Source: Eledone cirrhosa
Lineage: Eukaryota
Assembly: GCA_964016885.1 (NCBI GenBank)
Contig: OZ024742.1
Span: 198,834,001-198,898,000 of the forward strand
Length of the DNA stretch: 64,000 nucleotides
Reading direction: 5' to 3'
Shown here piece by piece: positions 53,742 through 64,000 of this stretch. Numbering within the stretch: position 1 is the first letter of the stretch; every line of letters starts with the position of its first letter. A program made the translations under genes and the position numbers. Under the pieces are notes generated by a model. That model did no database searches, was not told the origin of the DNA, and saw only the letters and a list, made by a program, of their open reading frames with translations.

Positions 53742-56700
53742 TCATCATCATCATCATCACCGTTTTACGTCCGTTCTTCCACGCTAGCATGGGTTAGATG
53801 GGTTGTCGTGTTGTGGGCAGTGTCCAGTCGGCTGACCATGTCTTGCTCATACAGGAACTGATTCTGGCTATATTTTCTACAGCTGGATGCCCTACCTAAC
53901 ACCAACCTCATTTACCATGAGTGCTAGGTGCTTTTTTTCCATGGCGCCTACACGTCCACTTTACAGTGTGGGCTGGGTGCTTTTTTCCCGTAGCACCTCC
54001 ACGACCACTTTGCAGTGGGAGGGTGTGGGGGCATATTGTCTATATGCTTCAGTTTCGGCTTGTACCCATGGGGGGGTTGGGTCTTCTGTATTACTGCGTG
54101 ACGCCAGAGGTCACGGTCGTGTGCCATTGCGCTTAAGAGGGGCAATTGGGTAAGGTTAGCCTTTATCACCTCATCCCAGGTCTTCTTACCAACGTAACCT
54201 CCTCTCCTGCACACAGCATTTGATTCCTATTATGCTCAGTCTCTCTCTCAATTCATTTATGCTTTGCCATCGGAGCATGCAAGTTTCGTTTCTTTCTAAT
54301 CTGCGCAAGTCTTCTACAGACAGCGCCCAAGTTTCACTACCATGTAACATTGCTGTTCGTATACATGCATCATACAGTCTGCCTTTCATTTTGAGGGGAA
54401 AGCCTTTTGCAGCTAGCAGTGGCAGTAGCTCCCTGAATCTTCCATCCCATTCTTACCCTAGTTATTGTACTTTCCAAACACCCACCTCTGCTGCTAATTC
54501 GGTCACCTAGGTAGCAGAAGATGTCTACTGTTTCTACAGAGCCCTCTCAGATTTTGGTGGTGTTTGTTTCCTGTGGTCGTTTGCCGCTTGCTGTCCCAGC
54601 GCAGCTGCTACATATGAAGCCTACATTCGTAGTTAAACTTCCTGAGATCCCACTACATCTCTTGTGTACCCATTGTTTGCATTTGGGGCAGAGGATGGAG
54701 TTCCTACCTACACCTTTCCTACATACTGAGCAAGGCCATTTCCCTGAGGGGATCTGGGTTCTGTCTTCTCGTCTACTTACAAGGACCTTAGTCTTTGTCA
54801 TGTTGACTTTGAGACCCTTTCTTTCTAGTCCCTGCTTCCAAGTTTGGAATTTCTTCTCTAGTTCTACTATAGATTCAGCTATAAGTGCGAGGTCATCAGC
54901 ATACAGGAGTTCCCATGGGCATCCGGTCTTAAACTCCTCCGTTATTGCCTGCAGGACTATGATGAACAGGAGAGGGCTAAGAACAGAGCCCTGGTGGACC
55001 CCAACCTGTACGCTAAATTCCTCGCTATACTCATTGCTAATCCTAACTTTGCTGACTGCTCCCCTATACATGGCTTGTACAGCTTTCACAAGCCATTCAT
55101 CTAGTTTTCTAAGAGACCACCAGATTACAGCACGTGGAACTCTGTCTAAGGCTTTCTCAAGATCGACGAATGGCAGGTAGAGTGGCTTACTTTTAGCTAG
55201 GTACTTTTCCTGTAACTGCCTCACAAGGAAGAGCGCATCAGTGGTGCCTTTTCCTGGTACAAAACCAAATTGCATCTCATCTAGTTTCACCCGGTCCCTA
55301 ATAAACTGTGCTATAACTCTTTCCGTTACTTTCATGACCTGGTCCATCAGCTTTATACCGCTATAGTTTCCTCTATCTAGTGCATCACCTTTACCTTTGT
55401 AGCAGTTGACAATGATGCTGCTGTACCAATCCTTTGGTATTATACCCTCTAGTATTACCTGGTTAACAATTTGTGTGGTTATGGTGTGACCTACCGACCC
55501 AGATGCCTTCAGCATCTCGGCAGCTATACCCAATGGACCGGTTGCCTTCCCTCTCTTCATATCTTTCATTGCCTTACTTACTACGCTGCTGCTGACTTGT
55601 ATTGCTGGCCCTTCTATATGGTCCGCTTGGAGTAGGGTCTCTTTTTCCCGTGCATTCTCCTCATTTAGTAATCTTTCATAATGGCTCTTCCACGCAGCTT
55701 TCTTCTCGGCACTTGTGAAGGCAAGCTCACCATTATCATTCCGGATACACTTCTCTCCAATGACATCATAATTCTATCTGACTCACTGCCTCGTAATCTT
55801 GAACACCTCCTGTCTCTGGTCCTCACTTTGCAAAACATGCTTGAATTTTCTAGCCTCTGCTTCCCTCCTAGCTAAGTATACTTGTCGCTTAGCTTCCCTC
55901 CTGGTCTCTATGTAATGTACCCTGTTACCTCCGTTCTTCCATTCTTTCCATGCCTGTCTCTTAGCCTTAACTGCCTCATCTACCTTATTGTTCCACCACC
56001 AAGTCACTCTCCTCCTCCCTGTGGACTTGCTCCAACTATAGATCTCGTCCGTCGCCTCTAGTAAGTTATTTTTTAGGAACTCTCAGTGCTCTTCTACATT
56101 GGATGTCTCTATCTGTTCTTCTTTACTGTCATAGCCGTCGAGTAGAATATCTTTAAACCTGTTACTGACTGAGGGGTCTTTCAACTTCCAGATCTTTCTT
56201 CTCCAGGTTGCCTTCTGTTTCCAAGTTGGTCTAGTTTTGACAGCGAGTTCGCTGACAACTAAGTTATGTTGGGGGGTACATTCCTCACCAGGGAAGGCTT
56301 TTGTGTTTACAACCGTCTATCTATCACGCCCTTTGATGAGGATAAAGTCTATCTGACTAGAATGCTCCCCTGATCTATAGATGATCAGATGGTTGTCGGG
56401 TTTTTTGAAGTTTGTGTTACATATCGACATGTCATTGGTGTTGCAGAATTCCAGAAGCCTGAAGCCTTCTTCATTTCTTGTGCCAAACCCGTGGCCTCCA
56501 TAGAAACCGTCACGGTGTTTACCAACGTGTCCGTTAAAATCTCCTGCAATGATTAAGAAGTCGTTGTCGCTTGTTAGGGCAGTAGTGTGCATTAGGGACT
56601 CGTAAAACCTATCCTTAAGCTCATCTGGCAACCTCGATTGGGGTGCATAAGCTGATACTATTGTGGCAATTGTTTTATTCAGGACTAGTCTGAGTTTGAG

Positions 56701-57470
56701 GATTCTTGCATTCATCCTGTTCACTGAGATTACCTTATCAACGCATTTGTCAGCTAATAGTATACCTACCCCTCCCATCCTGTTGTCATTTCCCACCCAG
56801 AAAAATTTGTAGCATTGACTTTTGCCTACGAGGACTCTAGCAGACTCTCCTCTCCATCTAGTCTCTTGCACACAGCATACATCAATTTCCTTTCGCTCTA
56901 GCATCTCTATGATTTCTCCTGCTCTTCCTTTCATTGTGCTTACATTGATGGTTCCAACTCAGAGTTTTGGACATTTGCCATCACTCGTAGGATAGAGTGA
57001 ATTTTTGCGGTGGGGTATGCTTCCTGTCTCTGGATTAAAGCTTTGCATTGGTGCTTGGTAACTCGCGGATTCATATTCATTTATTAATTTGGGGTTATTC
57101 CATTTATCCCCAGCTCATCCATAGATATCAGTAAAGGAATTATTATTATTTAGTGCAGGGCTAGGACAGTAGTATTAATGGCAGAGTTTGTTGGGGCTGG
57201 TAAGGGCTAGGAGGGCAGTAGTAGTAGTAGTAGTGGCAGTGTTTGTTGGGGCTGATAATGGGTTGAGGTTTGATTGGTCGAATAGCCTACGGCGGTGAGT
57301 GGGGGCGGGTGGGATTGAAATTGTGAGAAACGGATGAACTGGAGACGACTGAAAATATTTAGGAATCCATGTAGCCTTTCAGAAATCAGAAATCTGTGTC
57401 TGGCTTCGTACCACCGGAGTGAATGAATGAGAGAGAGAGAACGAGATGTGATGGGTTAAGGGAGCAGCCA
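53742..57470 (-). mobile_element. RTE LINE family A, near full length (APE, RT, Cys/His finger), decayed
   Basis: APE: CVQETRW, SAYAPQ, GDFNGHVG, SQIDFI (56317-56934); RT 54547-55569; (ATG)n tail. Confidence 0.92.
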
Positions 57471-57654
57471 GTACACATATATCATCATAGGAGATTTAGG
57501 AATAACAACAATAAAAATATATATATATAAATATATATATATTACATCAACATCATCAACGTTTAACATCTATTTGTTATGCATATATATATATGTATGT
57601 GTATGTACACACACACACACACATGTATATATATATATATATATACATGTATAT

Positions 57655-58500
57655 ATAGTGAAAAGTTGGACGGGAACAAAAACAGAGAGGCAGTACAAAT
57701 AAAAGTTTATTAGGTTCACGCTCTTGGGAGTGGGGGGGGGGGGGCGTTTTGGGCATAAGCCCTTCATCAGGAGAAAAGTGGGTAGGAAGAGAGTTCCTAG
57801 AATGTGTGGGCGAGTGGTGGAGAGACATTTAGAAAAAAGGGGGAGGGGGAGGAAAGGGAGGAAAAACGGTGGAAGGGGTACAAATAAAAATAAAAATAAA
57901 AATAAACATAAACATAAACAAGTGGTGGAAGGGTGTGAGGTGTATAAGGGTGGTGGCGGGTGGAGTAGGGAGAGGGAGGTGGGGGGTCCGAGCTGGGAGG
58001 GCTGAAGGTGGTATTAGTGTATGTGTGTAGGTGTACGTGTGTGTGTGTGCGTGTGTATGTGAATGTGAGAGTTGGGGGAAGAACGAGGTTCCATGTTCAG
58101 GAAAAGGTGTGTGTATGGGGTGGGGTGTAGGTCGGTGTGTGCGTGCGTGTGGATGGGGGGGGGGGGGTCAGAGGGATTAGGGAGGGGTGTATATTTCAGA
58201 GGCTGAGTGTGTATATGTGGGTGTGCGCACGTGTGTGTTGGTGTTTATACGTGGTGTGGGTGTGGGTAGCGTGGTTCGAAAAAAAATTGTGAGTGTTTGT
58301 TAGTGGGTAAGTTCCTAAGGTAGTTCCGTGGAGTGTGCGATGAGATGTTGGATACTTTTCGTGTTACGGAGTGGATAGCTGGAACGATGACCGGTGGTGG
58401 GAAATCCATAAGTTGTGGTGGTCGGAAGTAGAGAGAGGTGGGGTGCGCGCGCAACAGGAAGTGGTCAGAGGGTCAAGGCAGGGCGAAGTGATAGCAGTAG
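57655..58500 (-). mobile_element. Probable PLE 3' tail with degenerate HHR (57745-57775)
   Basis: CTGATGA-a-gggc(ttat)gccc-AAAAC; homologous to 3800-4185. Confidence 0.5.
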
Positions 58501-58543
58501 AGGAATATATACATATATATATATGTGCATGTGTGTGAGTGTA

Positions 58544-58590
<47 letters not shown>

Positions 58591-58729
58591 ATGTAAGGAT
58601 AAGGATAAAGATCCCATAACTCCTTGTGGAGTTGTAGAGGCACCATCATACAACGTGACTAGGGCACATTTAAACCCAGTGGAGCCCAACCCTTACCAGG
58701 TCTGAACACAGCTGATTTTTTCTATAGAG

Positions 58730-59365
58730 GAAGAATCAACCCCAGTACTAAACTGGTACATTTTTTATCGACCTTGAAACGATGAAAGGCAAAGTTGACC
58801 AAAGTGGGATTTGAACTCAGAGCACACAATGAGGTGGGACAAATACTGTAAAGCAAACTATCCGACGTCTTAATCACTCTGCCAATTTGCTGCCTATATC
58901 ATCATCGTCATCACCATTTACGTCCATTCTTCCACGCGAGCATGGGTTAGAAAGGTTATCCTATTGTGGGCGATGTTAGGTCGGCTGACCTTGTCTTGCT
59001 CATACGGTAACTGATTTTGGTTTGATTTCTACAGCTGGATGCCCTTCCTAAGACCAACCTCATTTACAGTGAGTGCTGGGTGCCTTTTTTTTCGTGACAC
59101 CTCCACTTTGCAGTGGGAGGAGATGGGGGATTATTGTCTATATAGCTTTGGCTTGTTCCCATGGGAAGTCGGGTCTTCTGTATTACTGCGTGACGCCAGA
59201 GGTCACAGACCTGTGTCATCGCCATTGAGAGGTGCAGTTGTACAAGATCCGCTTTTATCACCTCATGCCAGGTCGTCTTGGGTCTCCCCATCCATGGCTT
59301 CCATCACGGTGCCCCAGCATGGCCTCAGCCAACTGGCTGGAACAGGTAAAAGAGTAAAAGAGAAT
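58730..59365 (-). mobile_element. SINE copy (58730-58895), RTE-A 3' end (58897-59290) and short SINE tail
   Basis: Same motifs as 48480-48676, 18040-18480 and 20070-20135. Confidence 0.7.
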
Positions 59366-59368
59366 GTA

Positions 59369-59456
<88 letters not shown>

Positions 59457-59551
59457 TATATATATATACACATATATGTGTGTGTGTGTGTGTATGTGAG
59501 TGTGTGTATGTGAGTGTGTATATATATGTGTATACATATACATACATATAC

Positions 59552-59600
<49 letters not shown>

Positions 59601-60119
59601 ACAACCTAAATTATATATACTAGCAGAAAAAACACCCTTTAGGTGCTTTTCTGCTAGCATGTGTAATGTGCATATTGATATTATACGCAAGTATATATGC
59701 ATGTAGATATGATACATCAAATAAAATCATAATTCACTTATGTAATCAGTAACGTAATCCATGGTATTATATATAAACTGAATAAGGAGAAAATTAGTGA
59801 CAGAAATATGCGATCGCTAACCGGAAGTGTTGACATTTGAAAATTTTAAAGAAGTGTATCTTTAAATAAGTAATAAAATATATTTAATGAACAGCCACAA
59901 AATTTAGTAGATAAATTGTGTAATATTCATTCATTATTTATTCAAAGTAATCCAACTTATTTTACAAATGGGATAAAAAAATATATTCTGGATGCAGTCC
60001 CGCACTCCTTACTTTATTATAGTTTAGATACATTTTTAGGTGTGAATTTCATGTTTAGCATTCTCTCTCTTTATCTCTTCATCTCTCTCTCTCTCTATCT
60101 CTTTATCTAATAGATTGAG

Positions 60120-60880
60120 TCGAGTCAGATCAGACTGGATTCGATCGGATTGGATATTAATCTGTCCAATTCAGACCCGGCCCAATCCCATCTGATCTGA
60201 CACAATCTGATCTGATCCATTCCATGTTGATCTGATCCGAGCTGATCTGATACCAATTCGGTCTGGACTGATCTGGTACATTCTGATCTGATCTGGTCTG
60301 ATCCAGTTGATTTTATCCGAATCAATTTGATCTGATCCAGTTTGATCCAATCCAATTTGATTCAATCTGATCTGGACTGATCCGGTTCTGTCTGATCCGA
60401 TCTGGTCTGATCTAATCTGCTCAGATTCGATTGCATCTGATCTGATCTGGTCTGACCCAAACCAGTCTGGTCTGGTCTGGTCTGATCTGGTCCGATCTGG
60501 TCTAATCTGATCCAGTCTGATTCAATCCAATCTACCCAAATCATTTTGATTCGATCCAGACCATTTTGATCTGATCTGGTCTGATCCGATCCAGTCTGAT
60601 CCAGTCTGGTCAATCCAGTCTGATCCAATTTGGTCTGATGTGGTCTGGTCTGCTCTGATCCAGTCCTATCTGGTTTGATCCAATCTAATCTGATCCAATC
60701 CAGTCAGATCTGATCCAGTCTGGTTCGATCTGATCTGGTCTTATCTAATCCAATCCAGTCCAGTCTGATCCAATCTGGTCTGGTCTGGTCTGATCTGGTC
60801 TAATTTAATCTAATTTGACCAAATCTGATCCAGTCTGAATCGACCCTGTCGAATCCAATCCAATCCAATCTGTTTTGTTC
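60120..60880. repeat. Degenerate 5-bp-period satellite (TCTGA/TCTGG/TCCAA)
   Basis: Direct reading, ~760 bp. Confidence 0.9.
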
Positions 60881-61445
60881 AGACCTAGAGAAGGATGAAG
60901 TCTGCCAAGTTTAAGATGCCCAAGACATGCTGTTTGTCAGAACAGCGGCCCACCTTCAACTGTATCAGGAATTATTAGTTACCTTTTTAAAGCTGAAATA
61001 TGATTCATTTCTTTTGTTGGCCAGAGTTCTCACATATATATATAACAAAGGTGAAGAGTTTATAGAATTGACCTTGCTATATGACTGGTATTTATGTAAC
61101 AATCAGAGTCATTATAAGGCATAGGACAAAATGCCTTGTAATATTTGCTTCAGTCTTTCATGTTCAAATCATGCTAATTGGGGTTGATAAAATAAAGTAC
61201 CAAAATGCTTACTACTCAAATCCAAATTATCTGGTATTCATATTAAAAAGTGTATTGCTCATCTTCTTCCCATATGGAAATTGCTTCATATTCCATTCTC
61301 ATGTTCTTTCTTTTTCTTTGATTACTTTCAGTTGAAAACTTAAGAAAGTACAGACAGCCAAAACATGGCATTTTGTCCTATGCTTTAACAACTCACACTG
61401 ACACTTATACTTCATGTATGTGTGTATGTACTTATATTTTATGAG

Positions 61446-61551
<106 letters not shown>

Positions 61552-62360
61552 AATAAAATATAAGAACATATATACACACACAAAATGTAAGAGTATATAT
61601 ATATTACAATTATTTTCTATATCATGTACCAGTTATTAGCAGCAGCTGTGATTCTATATTGATTATATTGGTCATTCATCGACAATGATCTATCTATTTA
61701 CATGTTTAAATATAGAACCACACATACATATGTATGTCCATAATAGCTAAATGTCCAGGATATCTAAGACAAGAAACTGAACTATAACCCTGATTTCAAG
61801 TGACTTGATCGTTTGTCAATTGTAATGAAAATTTGCCCCCAAATGGATTGCTCAACCAAATTGGATTTCCATTTGTAAATTTGATAATCTTAAATCCATG
61901 AAAATCGAGACCCAAGTTACAATAATTTATCGGACAACACACGCTGTTTTTCATGGGGGTAAGTTTTGATTAATTTTTGCATTCTGAAACATCACAATAC
62001 AACAAAAATTTGTGCTCACTGGACTCGGGAAATGTCCTGACACAAGCTGTGGAAGCTACACAAATATTCCATATATATATATTTTCCCCAGAGCAATCTT
62101 TATTTACATTTTACATTTTACGTTTACTTGACTCCCAATGCAAATGGCAATAAATTCAAAATTTTGAAAAGAGAGGAAAACGGACAAATGAACTATGAAC
62201 TAGATACATCTCACTGCACCCCTGCCACCACAATAACGTCTACACTCGCTCCCTACCACCACCACCACATTTACACAAGTCATTACCCTATCTAGACTAA
62301 GGTGACTGACCTGTTGCCAAACTCTCTACTCTGTGTTGAATGTGTGTGTATATAAATATA

Positions 62361-63789
62361 CTAGCAGTTTAACTCGGCGTTGCTCGGGTTTGTTCATTTG
62401 CTATGAAAAGTTACATACAGGTAAACGTGGCTTGAAAGCGAATAAGCTTATCAATTAAGTGCATAAAGCAGTTGAACTGGTTATTAAAAGTTACGAACCA
62501 ATTAGCATTTTGGTCAATCAATGATGGGTTAATAATCTTCCAATAGCGAATTTAGCAGACCAAAGTTGCAAGATGGTGCCCCTGATGGCACTGGGTGTCA
62601 GATCTGTCTGCCATGGGTGACCCTACCAGGAAATAGTTTTCCAGACGGCATAGCTCCAACACCTGCACCAACATCTATAGCACATCTTTGTAGACGATAT
62701 TGCGTGTCATCCCTTGAGGAGTGTAAGCAAAAAGTCCATTCCTGCTCCCTACGCAGGAACAGGCAACATAAAGTTGGCCATGGGAGAAGCATGGCTCCCC
62801 CAAATGGATGCCCGCCACCGACAATGTTTGCCCTTGTGACTTGTTAATGGACACGGCAAAACATGGTCTCACCGGGAATTGGGATCGCCGGAAATCAAAC
62901 GGGATATCTGACGCCGAGGGGAAAAGGTTCATCCTTGGCAGTGTATTCGGCAGAATTGCCAGAAGTACAACACTATGGGTGTTGTCATATTAATATTTAA
63001 CCAATTAAAGTCGTAATAAATAAATAATTTAAGCATTCCGATTTATATGTCTATAGCATTAATCCGTTATTTTGCGGGTTGTTATTTGCAATAAGCCGAT
63101 TTAAAATACCCCAGAAAAGCCGTATGTCAATACGGAAATCCAATGACTCCCCCAGCAGTTAAATTATAGAGCGGGGGAATAATCTATTATAGAGAGAGGG
63201 AAGAGCGATGGAGAGAGTAATGCTAAGAAACTATAGGGAAGTGTGTAAAACTATGTTGTCATATAGAGAGTGAAGAGCGACAGAGAGAGTAAAGCAGTTA
63301 AATTATAGAGAGGGGGAATAATCTATTATAGAGATAGGGAAGAGCGACGGAGAGAGTAAAGCTAAGAAACTATAGGGAGGTGTGTTAAACCTCAAAGCAT
63401 GAAGAGAGTAAAGCAGTTAAATTATAGAGAGGAGGAATGATTTATTATAGAGAGAGGGAAGAGCGACAGAGAGAGCGTTATGATTATGTTTGTTGTTGTA
63501 TAAAATGATGTGTTGCTTAGTTTTCAAAGTTTATGTCGCGTCCTTGAACGAAGTTTTGTTGCTGTTGGGTAGTAGTGATTAAGTGTGTAAGAGAGAGGGT
63601 TACAGCATGTTTTATCGATTTTTTTCATAGAAGCAGGACATGTTTGGCAAAGTTTATTACGCGTTGACCATCATTGGTAAATTTGGAGCACATTGGAAAA
63701 AAATCATCAAAATCGGTAGAGAAATGTGGAAATGCATAAAAATCATACACACACACATGCAGACATCTTCTGTTTTATATAGATAGAGA
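62361..63789 (-). mobile_element. Non-autonomous Helitron retaining a PIF1-helicase C-terminal fragment
   Basis: Minus strand starts TCTCTATCTATATAAAA and ends CCCGAGCAACGCCGAG..CTAG|T; ORF 62675-62932 QFPVRPCFAVSINKSQGQTL..FSHGQLYVA. Confidence 0.85.
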
Positions 63790-63814
63790 TATTTATCACT
63801 CAGTCGAAGCAACT

Positions 63815-63960
63815 ACAACAACAACACCATTGTCTGCAGCAGCAGCAGCAGCAGAATGAAATAAACATCAAGAGGAACAACAACAACAACAACATCAACT
63901 GCCACCACCATCACTGCCACCATCCACCACCACCACCACCACCACCATCACCATCACCAG
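63815..63960. repeat. Trinucleotide repeats (CAA/CAG/CAC)
   Basis: Direct reading. Confidence 0.85.
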
Positions 63961-64000
63961 CTATCAGGCCTTAAGAAAACAACAACTATAATAATAGTAA

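Noticed and set aside
60125-60628. DQTRS-repeat proteins
   Set aside because: Translation of the 5-bp satellite

Overview
Animal genomic DNA made up almost entirely of repeats. The SINE/RTE families and long (TA)n/(CA)n tracts resemble an octopod cephalopod (inference). I found no convincing host gene, and most ORFs in the track are microsatellite translations. Recognisable elements are a decayed hAT transposon, several Penelope-like elements (PLEs; RT plus C-terminal GIY-YIG, Naiad-type motifs), RTE/RTEX and CR1 LINEs, tRNA-derived SINEs, a non-autonomous LTR element with a tRNA-Trp primer site, Helitron remnants, and mini/microsatellites. The main signal is a dense PLE/hammerhead-ribozyme (HHR) system. 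About 11 loci carry HHR or degenerate HHR motifs, several with greatly extended stem II (up to ~116 nt). They lie in fold-back or partial-tandem insertions within TA microsatellites, including an ~11-kb structure with two ~4.96-kb inverted arms and a ~422-nt non-coding retrozyme-like unit. All structures were read by eye and need computational confirmation.
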